A stretch of 64,000 bases of DNA from Octopus vulgaris. Its lineage: Eukaryota. A program made the position numbers and the translations under genes. The notes under the pieces are model-generated. The model had not been told where the DNA came from, did not search any database, and saw nothing but the letters and a program-made list of their open reading frames with translations. Of this stretch, positions 12,393-27,345 are shown piece by piece (within the stretch, counting starts at the first letter, position 1; each line of letters starts with the position of its first letter). The DNA lies in NCBI GenBank assembly GCA_951406725.2, contig OX597814.1, forward strand, positions 11,408,001-11,472,000, written 5' to 3'.

Positions 12393-13232
12393 GCATCATC
12401 CTCTCCATCGTATTTATAATCTGCAACATTTACTCTCGTCTTTATTCTCCCTTTACTTCGCTCTCTAACTCTATCCAAATCCCACCCAACCTTGCTTTGT
12501 TTTTTTTTTCCCCCCGGCCGCTGCCCACTCGTTTTCACTCACTCACACACACACTCACTCACTCACTCATCCACTCACGAACACATCCACTCACGAACTC
12601 ACCCACTCACTCTCACATTTCACTCACTCGTCTGCTCTTTTCATTCTCATCAACGTTATATCAGTATCCAGACGACTGCTCAAGCGTTTTATGCTCAACT
12701 TTAGCTGCAAATACTGATGTAGTTCGCAGCTCCATTATGCTATAATCAGATTTGCTGTTTCTTTTTGGCTTTATGTCTTTGTCGTCTTCTGTTTTTATTT
12801 GCTTTCGTCGTGGCTACTGTTGTTGTTGTTATTGTTATTATTGTTATTATTGTTTTTAGTCATTGCTGTTGTATTAACTCATGTTTGTTTGTTTTATATT
12901 TTAGTTAATATCTCCGATGTCATAGCAGCGTAAGTGAATGATTTTGATAACGCCATACCATGCCGGCCGACGTTCGATCTGTCCTCCTCGCTCTCCTTCT
13001 CTCTCTTACCTTCTCTCTCTCTCTCTTCTCCTCTCCTACTCTGTGTGTGTGTGTATGTGTTTACGTGTGAGTATTTCTGTGAATATGCTTGTCTCTCCGT
13101 ATGTCCTTAAGTCTATTTGTACGAATGTATCCGTTTATCTATGTTTGTCTGCTCGTAGTTATATGTTTAATCTCTTTGTCAATGTATCAGATGCCTGTTC
13201 ATCCAGTTTTGCTTGTGTGCGTGTTTGTGTGT

Positions 13233-13321
<89 letters not shown>

Positions 13322-13475
13322 TATATATATATATGTATTTTTCATTTGCCCTGCTCGCTTACGTTCATAGTGTGCTAAATTGTTCTTGAGAACAATTCTT
13401 AGTGGTTGAGACCCTTGCGGATCTATCTTTAGCGTAAAAGCGTCCACATAGTGGATTCCCTCTCATATTTGTGCA

Positions 13476-13516
<41 letters not shown>

Positions 13517-14208
13517 TAAGAAGTGTATAAAATATCTCCTAAATCTCGGCCAATTTCGTTGGGGACTGCAAGAGGGATCAAGATAACCTATTTAAACTTG
13601 TGCGATTACTGTATTTCATGGAGGGTAACCCTTTCTCTTACACTTCCCACGAATACATTTCAGCATTTATTCAATTTGTATTATTCAGAAAGATAAACAT
13701 TTCACTTTTTATTATTTTGTTTTAAAATATACTTTAAGATGTGTTTAAAATGGCTTTCTAAATCTCGCGTGTATGTGTGTGTGTGTGTATGTGTGTGTAT
13801 GTATCTACGTATATTCTTTTATTCTTTTGCTTGTTTCAGTCATTTGACTGCAGCCACGCTGGAGCACCGCCTGAAAGGGTTTTAGCCGAAGAAATCGACC
13901 CCAAGGACATGTACACACGCATAGGTAAATTCCTATTAAGGAGCCATTTATTTATTTATTTATTTATTTTGTATTTAATAAAGGATTAGAAAGTAAACTA
14001 TTAATTTTGTGAGACGGGTGTAATAGTTGATCAGTCGGCTTTCGGAATAGCTATCACTCCTCATGCAGGAAAGTATCAGTAAAAAATTTTCCTGATGAGT
14101 GCACAGATCTGGAGGGCAAAAATGTTAAAAGTTAAATTTTATTGAAACCACATACTTCATGTAATTGTTTTCTTTAAATGCTTTTCGGCTGTTTAAATGC
14201 TTTTTTAG

Positions 14209-14420
<212 letters not shown>

Positions 14421-14489
14421 TGTTTCTTTATTAGCCACACAGGGCTGCACACAGATAGAACAAATTACAAGGTAGAGCTTTTCTTTTGG

Positions 14490-14522
<33 letters not shown>

Positions 14523-15445
14523 AAGGGGGAGTTTCGATCAAAAGGGATCGTAAAAGGAGAGAAAGAGGACAAAAAAAAAGGGGGTTAAAAAAAAGGGGGA
14601 GAGGAAAAAAAAATTGATCAATAGGGATCGTTATCACAGAAATGTCAATATGAAGTGTAAAGGGGAGGACAGGTGAGGTTTACCCGTGGAAAGAAAAGCC
14701 TACGGAAAAGACCACGGTAACCTCGGTCAATGAAGTCACATTTTATATTTCTTTTTTTTTTTTTTTTTTTTTTTGCAAGTAAGCAACTCTCTGTTTTCGA
14801 TTTCTGGGTTCATAGGACTATGCTCAAGGTGGCTTCGTCATTCATACGTGCCATTCTTGCTACATTCACCCATCTTTTTTTAAAACATTCGCTAGACAAA
14901 ACTTGCCTCTCTACTCTCACTTTCCTTTTCAAGTGGTACTTGAAGAAGTTGATGAGAGATTGACCAGAGAGGAAAGTGTTTGTCTCCAATCCTTTCAGAC
15001 GCGTCCACCAGATACATTCTTTCGCCATAGCCACAAGGATGATGAAAATAGCTCTTCCTTCCCGTTTGAAGGAAGGAGGCGTGACAATATTGACGATAGA
15101 CTCAGCTGATAAACCGACTCGTCCCACACGTGACAGCAGTTGTTCGACATAAGCCCACAGGTCGGAAATTGTTGGACACTGAACGAGTGCGTGCAGAACG
15201 GTTTCGTCGCTCTGACCGCATCTCGGGCAGGTCGGCCCCGTGTTTCTCGAGCCGTGTCTGTAGAGCTTATCCCGAACGGGTAGCGCTTCTCGGTAGCACT
15301 GCCAGGCCAGGGATCTCTGGAAGTTGTCCATGGGCCCTGGCCCGAAAGTCGTCCTGAACAGGCGGGTCAGGTACTCCTCGTCGACGTCCAGGTTCGCCCC
15401 GAGCTCGTCGTCGTACCTCCCCTCCACTAAACCCCTATAGAATGC
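14421..15445 (-). mobile_element. 5'-truncated Tx1-like LINE copy A
   Basis: Encodes ORF2 C-terminus (AFYRGLVEG...CPRCGQSDETVLHALVQC...) highly similar to 32631-33270; 3' UTR ending AATAAAGAAAC; (GATA)n on both sides. Confidence 0.95.
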
Positions 15446-15482
<37 letters not shown>

Positions 15483-15483
15483 T

Positions 15484-15518
<35 letters not shown>

Positions 15519-15519
15519 T

Positions 15520-15554
<35 letters not shown>

Positions 15555-15555
15555 T

Positions 15556-15642
<87 letters not shown>

Positions 15643-15643
15643 T

Positions 15644-15739
<96 letters not shown>

Positions 15740-15740
<1 letters not shown>

Positions 15741-16800
15741 GTTTCTTTATTGGCCACACAGGGCTGCACACAGATGGGACAAGTTACAAGGTAGAGCTTT
15801 TCTTTGGGGGACGAAAAAAAACAAAAAACAAAAGACAAAAGAAACAAAAAAAAGGTGGCGTAGGTTTTCGATCAAAAGGGATCGTAAAAGGGAAAAAAAG
15901 AACAAAGAATAACAAAAAAAAAATAAATAAAAAAAATAAAAAACGAAAAGGAACAAAAGAAAAGAGAAATGAAAAAAAGAAGAAAAAAGGGGAAAAAAAC
16001 GATCAATAGGGATCATGTATCACAGTGTAATGATGTATGGTGTAAAGGGGAAAGCAAGTAAGGTTTATCCGTGGGAAGAAAAGCCTACGAAAAAGACCAC
16101 CGTAACCTTGGTCAATATTGTTATATGTTACCACATTTGTTTGCAAGTGGGTAACCCTCTGTTTTCAATTTCTGGGTTCATAGGATTATGCTCAAGGTGG
16201 CTTCGTCATTCATACGTGCCATCCTTGCTACATTCACCCATCTTTTAAAACATTCGCTAGACAAAACTTGCCTCTCTACTCTCACTTTCCTTTTCAAGTG
16301 GTACTTGAAGAAGTTGATGAGAGATTGACCAGAGAGGAAAGTGTTTGTCTCCAATCCTTTCAGACGCGTCCACCAGATACATTCTTTCGCCATAGCCACA
16401 AGGATGATGAAAATAACTCTTCCTTCCCGTTTGAAGGAAGGAGGCGTGACAATATTGACGATAGACTCAGCTGATAAACCGACTCGTCCCACACGTGACA
16501 GCAGTCGTTCGACATAAGCCCATAGGTCGGAAATTGTTGGACACTGCACGAGTGCGTGCAGAACGGTTTCGTCGCTCTGCCCGCATCTCGGGCAGGTCGG
16601 CCCCGTGTTTCTCGAGCCGTGTCTGTAGAGCTTATCCCGAACGGGTAGCGCTTCTCGGTAGCACTGCCAGGCCAGGGATCTCTGGAAGTTGTCCATGGGC
16701 CCTGGCCCGAAAGTCGTCCCGAACAGGCGGGTCAAGTACTCCTCGTCGACCTCCAGGTTCGCCCCGAGCTCGTTGTCGTACCTCCCCTCCACTAATCCCC
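15740..16800 (-). mobile_element. 5'-truncated Tx1-like LINE copy B
   Basis: Same ORF2 C-terminus as copy A with a different 3' UTR; separated from copy A only by (GATA)n 15446-15739. Confidence 0.95.
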
Positions 16801-16859
<59 letters not shown>

Positions 16860-17417
16860 ACAGACAGATAGACAGGTGGACGGGTGGCTGTATGGATGGA
16901 TAGGTGGATGGATGGATGAACAAACGGACAGGTAGATTGATTGATTGATTCATTCATTCATTTCCAGTAGTACCATAAACAAAATGGTCTCTTTCCGACG
17001 AAAGGATTTATTCAAAACATCTCGACTCTCATGTCCCCACAGCCTACAAACCTATTCAGATTTCTGTTTAACTTCTCATATGAGAATTCATCCTATTGGT
17101 CCATTTCAGTTATTTTTCTTTGTTCTTTTATTTATTCATTTGCTTGTTTACTTATTTATTTATTTATTTTATCACTATATCTTTTACGTGTTTAACTCCT
17201 TGGAGTACGGCCATGCCCAGGTATCACCTCGAAAGTTTTAGTCGAATAAATCGCCCCACAATTCATTTTTAAGCCTGAAACATTACATCGGGCTATTTTG
17301 CCAAACTGCTAAGTTACGGGGAATAAAAAAAAAACAGCGCTGGTTATCGAGTGATGACGGGACGACAAACATAGACTCTTTCGCATTTGTAGACGCACGC
17401 ACACATACACACGCAGA

Positions 17418-17458
<41 letters not shown>

Positions 17459-17554
17459 GACAGGCTTCTACACAGTTTCCCTCTACTACAGAATGACAGA
17501 CATAGAGGTAGATAGATAGATAAATAAATAAATAGACAAATAAATGAATAGGGA

Positions 17555-17635
<81 letters not shown>

Positions 17636-17984
17636 TACTAATTGTTCATCCGTCCATCCACCCATCCATCCATACATCCACCCGTCCGCCTGTCTGACTG
17701 TTTGTTTATCGATCGGACTGTGACTATAAATAGAAGATACATACTCAACATGTTACGCAGTGGAAATGAGCAAGAAACAACGGAGTTGCTTGCATTTCCT
17801 CGAGCCGGCAGAAGCCAGACAAAATACTTACCAGCATTTCGTCCGTCTTTACGTTCTGATTTCAAATTCCACCAGAGTCGACTTTGCTTTTCATCTTTCA
17901 CTTGGACGGTAAAATGAGTCGCAGTTGGATAATGGAGCCAGAGTAATCGACCATCGCTCTCCCACAAATTCCCAACGAATTATT

Positions 17985-18580
17985 TGAGCTGGCAGAATCG
18001 TTAAACACGCAGGGTGAAATGCTTAGCGGTATTTCGTCTGCCGCTACGTTCCGAGTTCAAATTCCGCCGAGGTCGACTTTGCCTTTCATCATTTCGGGGT
18101 CGATTAAATAAGTACCAGTTACGCGCTGGGGTCGATATAATCGACTTAATCCGTTGGTCTGTCCTTGTTTGTCCTCTCTGTGTTTAGCCCCTTGTGGGTA
18201 GTAAAGAAATAGGTATTACGTTCCGAGTTCAAATTCTGCCGAGGTCGACTTTGCCTTTTATCATTTCGGGGTCGATTAAACAAGTACCAGTTACGCACTG
18301 GGGTCGGTATAACCGACTTAATCCGTTTGTTTGTCCTTGTTTGTCCCCTCTGTGTGTAGCCCCTTTTGGGCAATAAAGAAATAAGAATCGTTAACACACA
18401 GGGTGAACTGCTTAGAAGTATTTCGTCTGCCGCTACGTTCCGAGTTCAAATTCCGCCGTGGCCGAATTTGCCTTTCATTCTTTCGGGGTCGATAAATTAA
18501 GTACCAGTGAAACATTGAGGTCGATGTAATCGACTCGTCTCTACCCCCAAAATGGCTGCCCTTGTGGCAAAATTTGAAAC

Positions 18581-18583
<3 letters not shown>
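17985..18583 (+). mobile_element. Tandem/nested SINE array (two Tx1-like tails, last unit ending in (TTA)n)
   Basis: Repeated GAGTTCAAATTCCGCCGAGGTCGACTTTGCCTTTCATC core; a further degenerate copy at ~17795-17975. Confidence 0.8.
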
Positions 18584-18640
<57 letters not shown>

Positions 18641-18647
18641 CATTATT

Positions 18648-19264
<617 letters not shown>

Positions 19265-19306
19265 TATTATTATTATTATCATTATTATTATTATTATTAT
19301 TATTAT

Positions 19307-19463
19307 CCTGTCTTTACGTTCTGAGTTCAAATCTCGCCGAGGTTGACTTTGCCTTTCATCCTTTCAGGGTCGATAAATTAAGAACCAGTTACGTATTGGG
19401 AGTCGATCTAACTGACTGGCCCCCTCCCCCAAAATTTCGGGCCTTGTACCTAGAGTAGAAAAG

Positions 19464-19465
<2 letters not shown>
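19307..19465 (+). mobile_element. SINE fragment with alternative tail ending in (TTA)n
   Basis: Same core as 17985; tail CCCCCTCCCCCAAAATTTCGGGCCTTGTACCTAGAGTAGAAAAG(ATT)n. Confidence 0.75.
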
Positions 19466-19549
<84 letters not shown>

Positions 19550-19730
19550 CATTATTATTATTATTATTATTATCTCGCTATTTATTTCTCTATGTATTTA
19601 TTTATTTATCTTTCTACCTCTATATTTGTCATTCTAATTGTCTGTGTCTGCTCACCCGTGTAGCCATCAACATATCTACATAAACACACAAATTCTCTCT
19701 CTCTCATACACACGCATGCACACACACACA

Positions 19731-19766
<36 letters not shown>

Positions 19767-20385
19767 TACACAAGCCGCACAGTATTCCCATATATGTATA
19801 TGTCGTGATGTTCCTATGATCTATATAATTGTACATCTGCGTCGATACAATATATAATATTTTCTCCCCGTGGAACTTGGTTGTCTGGTAACCAGTGTTT
19901 TTTTTTGTGTTTTTGTTTTCCTTTTTGTTTTTTCTCTCTTTTCGCATTTTGTTTGTTTTGACGTGGTTTTGTGCGAGTCAACAATTCTTGATAAAATTTC
20001 AACTGAATAATCCAAATTAAATCTGTATACAAAAACTTTACAAATATTTAAGCCGATAATCCAGCGTTAAAACCAACATATCATTCTTGAAGCGTCATAT
20101 ACTTATATTAAAACATCTGTTTGACAACCATAACAAAGTAGCCCTCTATCTCTCTCTCCTTCCGTCTCTCTCTCTCTCTTTCTTTCTCCTTCTCTCCCAC
20201 ACACACACTCTCTCTCTCATTCTTTCTCTCCACCCCCACCCCCACCCCCTATCTATTTATATTTTACAATAGTCTGCAATATTTATTGGTCTTTTGTACG
20301 TCTGACATTGGAAATTATATACCCTTCCTTGCAAAATGTTTTCAGTAGCTTTCTTTTTCGTCCGAATATCGTGTTTTGTCGTAGA

Positions 20386-20805
20386 AGGCGGCGAGCTGGC
20401 AGAGTCATTAGCACGCCGGGCGAAATGTTTAGCGGTATTTCGTCTGCCCGTTACGTTCTAAGTTCAAATTCCGCCGAGGTCGACTTTGCCTTTCATCCTT
20501 TCGGGGTCGATTAAATAAGTACCAGTTACGCACTGGGATCGATATAATCGACATAATCCGTTTGTCTGTCCTTGTTTGTCCCCTCTGTGTTTAGCCCCTT
20601 GTGGGTAGTAAAGAAATAGGTATTTTGTCTGCCGCTACGTTCTGAGTTCAAATTCCGCCGAGGTCAACTTTGCCTTTCATCCTTTCGGCGTCGATTAAAT
20701 AAGTACCAGTTACGCACTGGGGTCGATATAATCGACTTAATCCGTTTGTCTGTCTTTGTTTGTCCTCTCTGTGTTTAGCCCCTTGTGGGTAGTAAAGAAA
20801 TAGGT
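20386..20805 (+). mobile_element. SINE array (head plus two units) with Tx1-like tail
   Basis: AGGCGGCGAGCTGGCAGAGTC head; two units each ending GTAAAGAAATAGGT. Confidence 0.82.
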
Positions 20806-21639
20806 ATCATGTGTTTTGTCGTGATCAGCCTTGATTAACAAAGTTTATGAAAAGCATTCCAGCCGTGACGTTCTGATTTACCTTTAAAACAATTTCAATC
20901 TGTATACCTATCGTTACTCAATGCAATATGTCCCACCCGTTATTTAAGAAACTAAAGTGTGAATTATTGGAGAAGTTACTGCTATTTCTAGCATATCTTT
21001 TATACGGGTAGGGAATTCCTTTGTTTTGTCTTGTGTATAGGTGAATCGTCTCGACAAGCAACAGTGACTGGAATCAACGGTTCATCTTCTGTCACTGGAG
21101 CCCAATACACTTATGAGTGTATCTCAGTGACGTATTCCATTGTCTGATTGGTAATGGTGACGACGACGACGATGACGACGATGACGATGATGATGGTGAT
21201 GATGATGATGATTACAATAGTGGCGGTGGTGTTGGTGGAGGTGGTGGTAGTGGTGGTGGTGGTGGTGAAAAGGATGATGGTGGTGATGCTGATAGTGGTA
21301 ACAGTGACGAGGAGGAGGAGGAAGAGGAGGAGGAGGGGAAGGGATAGCAGGATTTTGTAGTAGTGCATTATGTTGATTGAGGTACGACTGTCTACTTAAC
21401 TTCGCATGCAAAGTCAAGATGAGATGCAATACTGTGATGGAGGTTTCACGTTTTACTTCTTCCAGCTCCTCAGAAAACACAAACGGCCAAGTTGTATCCC
21501 CATTACATTGTAAGTGTAAGTTTCAGTGAATCTTAAATCTATGGAACCAATCATTGCTAGCCATAAATGTTTCTTCACCAACACTCCTTGTTTCATATTT
21601 AAGTGTCCAAAAACATTTAAAACTTTTCGCTTGGGCATA

Positions 21640-21733
21640 TAGGTACTAGTACTAATGGTCTAGTACTAATGGCATATAGGTACTAGTACTAATATAGGTA
21701 CTAGTACTAATATAGGTACTAGTACTAATGGTC
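21640..21733. repeat. Short tandem repeat of a palindromic unit (ATAGGTACTAGTACTAAT)
   Basis: About five copies containing (GTA)CTAGTACT. Confidence 0.85.
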
Positions 21734-23289
21734 CATCCAAACAAACAGTTGTTTTTGTTTGTGCTTTTTATCCATTTTATCATTGAGTCTCATGTCTTAC
21801 TAATTGTCTTGTATTGTTTGCCTTGCCTTGGTCCCTCAACTTTTTGATGAAGACGTAAGGACGCGTTCGTAATGCACTTTGTGTTTTGGGCATTTAAAAA
21901 CCATGTGGTGGAACCCATCCCTCCCTAGAGTTGGTTTCAATTGGTTTCTTCCAGAAGGAGAGACAGACAGACAGACAGAAGATAAAAAAGACTGAAAGGG
22001 TGAGAAAGATGACGAAGGGTAGAGAGAAACAGATGAATCGATTCCATTCAGGATTGGCTCTCCAGTTTATCGACCTTGAAAGTATGAAAGGCAAAGTCGA
22101 TCCTCGTAGAATTTGAACTCAAAGTGAGAGGCCAGAAATAATCACCAGAAAATATTCTACGTGATGTCCGAATGACTCGGCCAGTTCGCTACCAATTGTT
22201 AATCATCGTGTGGTGTATTGATACAGAACCTTTTACTTGCCGTTTGGTTTGTTTTTAGGAGGGTTTCTCTTTAAAATGATCACAGCAATAGATAAATGAA
22301 CCCTTATGTATCCGCTATGTTAGTTTATTATTTTCTAGATTCTTTGACTTAGTTTTATAATGTTTACCTTGGTTCCCAGAAGTAAAAGTGCAATGCTTTT
22401 CATAATCCTCAATACCGCAGACTCAACTCTTACGATTTTTGAGACATGTTTGGGTCACTGATTAATTTATATAAACAACAAACAATCACAAATAACACCG
22501 AGATGTCATAGAATGATAACATGTATGTATGTATGTATGTATGTATGTATGTATGTATGTATGTATGTATGTATAAAGGTATGTATGTATGTATGTATGT
22601 ATGTATGTATGTATACATAAATGTATGTACATAGATGTGTATATATTTGTGCATGTGTATGCACATGTATATGTGTGTTGCTTTGCCTGTGTTTATATGC
22701 TCTTCGATAAAGATATATAGATAGATACTTAGATAAAAAGACATACATTTAGATACAGATATTCAAATCTGATTATGTTTTTTTATGTACAGCTTCGAAT
22801 TAATTCTTTGTATTATATTTAACGAGAGAAAAGATAATCTCTCAGAAAATTGGACGCTTAGGCCCATTTGACTTTTGACTCCGCCTTATTATATTTGTTC
22901 ATTCAGCAATAATTAAGCGAATGCAGCAATGAATTAGATGAACTCCCGTGGGATTAAATCCTAGAAATGGTTTCGATTCTCTTTTGAAACCAATTTACTT
23001 CATTTACACCGATTTTTCGAAAATCTTTTTAGTCTGCAAGAACGTCTACGATCCATGGCCCTTCACGGGGCCTCCGAATTAGTGGGAGAGTAAAGAAGAT
23101 AATAATGAAGCCGGAGATTCCCGTAGCATAGTAAAGAGTAACGTTGGGCGTCCTACCTCTTAATTACGCTACTTGGTCTCTGGGGTCACTTTTATGGAGG
23201 CGGCACTATTGAGACTGTTGAATTAGTCAATATAAGCAGTACTGGCCCAAAGAGGGCGGCAAATTCGAGCTATCCTGCTCAGGAAGAAG

Positions 23290-24143
23290 CTGCCTTATAC
23301 AGCTTCTGTAGCATTATGACTGATATTGAAACAGCTAAGGAACTGAACTGCTTGAACGTGGTTGTGATAGAGCTCGATTTTGTAAGGGCCTTTGATAAGG
23401 TTGATCAATGGATAATATGTTACAAGGAACGGAGGCTCGACATTGTCGGAAAACTGGGAGAGTACTTACGTGACTTCTTCAAAGACAGAAGCCAAGCTGT
23501 TGCAGCCAACGGAGTCTTCATCGAGGAGAAAGAAGTAGCAAGTAAAGTGACTCAGGAAACTGTCTCGGTGCCGCTCTTTCGGACATGTTGTTGACTACAA
23601 AGACATCAACACCTACTTGCTATGCCGACGACACAAATGTTGTAAAAGCAGACAAGGAACTTTTCGATGCTAATCTACAGAAATACCTAGATGTCATATA
23701 TAAATGGGTTGAAGAAACAGTATGAAATTTAATGCAGGTAAATTCCAAACCTTCTACCTATCAGTCAGCTTCGGCTAACATACCGCAACAAACATACTTT
23801 GGACCAAAAGGAGCGGCAATCCCAGAGTCAAGTACAAAGCGTGGTCTGTAGTTTGATATGAGCAACAACGCCTCGTTTCCTATCATCAACATGGTGGCAA
23901 TATATAGGTGAATGGTCGGATGGATTCTGAGAACTTTCAGTGCAAGGGACCAGGACATTATGCTGGTTCTATAGATGACATCTATTATCAGCCGTCTGGA
24001 TCATTGCTCTCAACTGTGGGTGCCCAGCAGTCTTAAATTTATAGTGGAACTTGAGGCAATTCATCGGTGTTACACCGGGAAGATTGCATCAATCGAACAG
24101 CTGAGCTACTGGGAGAGACTAAAAGAGTTACGATTCAACTCTC
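23290..24143 (+). pseudogene. Old CR1/L2-like RT fragment
   Basis: LDFVRAFDKVD, YADD (~23620), WILRTF, LSYWERLK; collinear with 57400-58300. Confidence 0.85.
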
Positions 24144-24196
24144 TAGATAAATAGATATATAGATATACATTCACATGCACACATACGTACGTACAT

Positions 24197-24233
<37 letters not shown>

Positions 24234-24325
24234 TACATACATACATACATACATACATACATACATACATACATACATACATAGATACATACATACATAC
24301 ATACATACATACATACATACATACA

Positions 24326-24358
<33 letters not shown>

Positions 24359-24554
24359 GTTATACGTACACGCCCGTGGCACTCGGAGAATTGCAGCTTG
24401 AGAAAAGTCGGTAACAACTGAAGAAATGCGAGAATGGTTGCAGAAATCAATGTCAGAATAGGAGGTGTAAAGAATGCATGCATCCAAACCCACGTATACA
24501 CGCACACATACAAACGCAAACACACATACAAACAGACACACACACATACGCATA

Positions 24555-24594
<40 letters not shown>

Positions 24595-25074
24595 GTAAAC
24601 ACACACATATGCATATACGTATTACATAAAAACATATACACAGATTACATGCATGCATACATATATATATACGTAGATGCATACATACATTACTTACATG
24701 TATATATACGTATGTACGTGCGTACATATATACATGCATACATACATACATGCATACAGACAGACATACATACATACATATACACATACATACATACATA
24801 CATACAGACATACATACATACATATACACATACATACATATGTATGTATATACATATATACATACATACATACATGCATACATACATACGGACAGACTGA
24901 CAGACACACAGACATTCATGCTTACGTAGGCGATGTAATTCAGCTCGCGGAAATCGGTAACGACTGAAGAATTACGAATTTAGTATACACGATATCTCGT
25001 CTTCAAGAAGAGAGCGAGAGGTTTCAGGGACGGAGTGATGGAGAGAGAGAGGTGGGGGAGAGAGATAAATTACG

Positions 25075-25500
25075 AAAATAGAAAGAAAAAAAGGAAGAAA
25101 AATAGAAAGAAAAAAGAAAGATGGAGAAAAGAAAAAAAGAAAGAAAGCGGGAAGGGAGGAAGGGAGGAAAGAAGGAAGAAAGGAAAGAAGGAATGAAGGT
25201 AGGAAAGAAAGAAGGAAAAACAGAAGGAAAGAAAAACAGAAAAATATAGAAAGAAAGAAAGAAAGTAGATAGAAGAAAAGAGGGAAAGAAAGAAAGAAAG
25301 AAAGAATGAAAGAAAGTAGATAGAAGAAAAGAAGGAAAGAAAGAAAGAAAGAAGGAAAGGAAGAAAGAAAAATGAAAGAAAGTAGATAGAAGAAAAGAAA
25401 GAAAGAAAGAAAGAAAGAAAGAAAAATGAAAGAAAGAAAGTAGATAGAAGAAAAGAAAGAAAGAAAGAAAGAAAGAAAGTAGATAGAAGAAAAAGAGAAG
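25075..25500. repeat. Polypurine (GAAA)n-derived tract with recurring GTAGATAGAAG unit
   Basis: Direct inspection. Confidence 0.9.
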
Positions 25501-25912
25501 ACTGATACAGCGAAAACAGACAGCCAGAAGGACAGCCAGAAAGAGAAAAATGCAAAATTTTGAAAGACCACCTCGGAGCAAGTAATATGACAAGAGAAAG
25601 AAGGATTCTTAAATGGAATAATCCGATGATGCCAGTAAGTTGGCAATATAGTAATATGATAAAGTAGATAGAGGATGAAAAGGTGACGTGAAATTAAAGA
25701 GTTCCCTTGTAACAAAGTCAAAGGTAAAACAGCTACATTGATTTATCTCCCTTACCTTCTTGTACGACCAACAACAACAACAGCTCTGCTTTTCACTTGA
25801 TGAATGTTTAGTTCACGGGATGCACATAGCACTCTTTTCTAACGGTGGTTATGAACCTCTGTAGTTGTTGTTGTCGTTGTTGTCTGTTGTATATAGTTTG
25901 TAGTTATTTGTC

Positions 25913-26053
<141 letters not shown>

Positions 26054-26299
26054 TATACATATACACATACAGACACACATATATATATATATATATAAAT
26101 ATACATAGACGTAGTGCTCACCCACGGTTGAACCGAGAAAATAAGGCTAGATTCAGTTTTGAAACGATCATTCATAAAAGCGCATGTATATGTGCATGTA
26201 TGTACATACGTATGTATGCATGTATGTTCGTATGTATGTACTATGTATATATATGTGCGCATACATGTAGTTATGTATTTATGTGTGTATGTGTGTGTG

Positions 26300-26342
<43 letters not shown>

Positions 26343-26388
26343 TAGATAGATAGATATAGATAAAGAAATACATACATATGTGTGTGAG

Positions 26389-26695
26389 TGTGTTTGTATA
26401 CATGTATGTATGTAAGTATACGTGTAACCATATGAAATATATTCTTTGCGTACGTACGCATTAATTTTATGGAACCAAAAAAAAAATGTCTGTCTTGGTT
26501 TTTTTCATCACTTTTCGTCTTATCTATTAACAATTTTCGATACCTTTCCATATTTCCACATATTATATTTTATATATCTTCACAAACTAAGACAGACATT
26601 TTTTTTGGTTCCATAAAATTAATGCGTACGTACGCAAAGAATATATTTCATATGGTTACACGTATACTTACTTACATACATGTATACAAACACAT
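26389..26695. repeat. Fold-back inverted duplication (~110-bp arms, ~80-bp spacer)
   Basis: 26389-26502 is the near-perfect reverse complement of 26584-26695. Confidence 0.9.
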
Positions 26696-26889
26696 ATTTT
26701 TTCTGTCTTCTCTTTCTGTTCACTTCCACAATATATAATTGTCCCCTTAGGGGTAACGATAGTATTTTATTATCAGAAATCTGTGCATCTAGATTATTCC
26801 TTCATCAGAAAGTATATCAATAAGAAATTTCAATTAAGAAAACAGCCGTAAGGGAATTTATTAGTAATATTTCATATATATATATATAT

Positions 26890-27345
26890 AGGCACAAGTT
26901 TGGCTGGGTGGTTAAGAAGTTATTTTTGCAATCATGTGGTTTCGGGTTCGGTCCCACTTCTTAGCACCTTGTACAAGTGTCTTCTACGATAACTCCTAGC
27001 TACCCAAAGTCTTGTGGGTGAATATGGTAGACGGGAATTGGATATACAGATGTATGTCCGATATTCGGGAGTATGCCTGTTATACGGGTATATGTCTACG
27101 CGCACTTGTGTGTGTGAATATGTGAGCGTGTGAATACGTGTGCTTGTTTTTTCCCACACCGCTTGAAAACCAATATTTTTTCTTCTTGTTTGCCTAACTT
27201 AACGGTTAGGCAAAACTGACCAATACAGTAAGTGTTGGACTTAAATAGAAAAAGTACTGGCGCTGATTTGGTCGATAAAACTCTTGAAAGCAGTGCTCCA
27301 GCATGACCACCGCCCAATGGGCGAAGCAAGTAAAAGTATAAAAGA
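26890..27345 (+). mobile_element. Diverged SINE (family as 53124-53525)
   Basis: TGGCTGGGTGGTTAAG A box, GGGTTCGGTCCC B box, tail GTGCTCCAGCATGACC. Confidence 0.75.

Noticed and set aside
13350-13470. Minus-strand exon (VDAFTLKIDPQGSQPLRIVLKNNLAHYE) with GTAAGC donor
   Set aside because: No credible acceptor and no recognisable homology
14810-16957. 345 aa and 259 aa ORFs as fusion genes
   Set aside because: N-termini are translated (TATC)n; only the Tx1 ORF2 tail is real
17985-18583. CRISPR-like array
   Set aside because: ~180-bp SINE units without unique spacers; eukaryotic context; no cas genes
21111-21638. Poly-D/G/E/H ORFs and a 61-aa ORF
   Set aside because: Trinucleotide repeats; no recognisable domain or splice support
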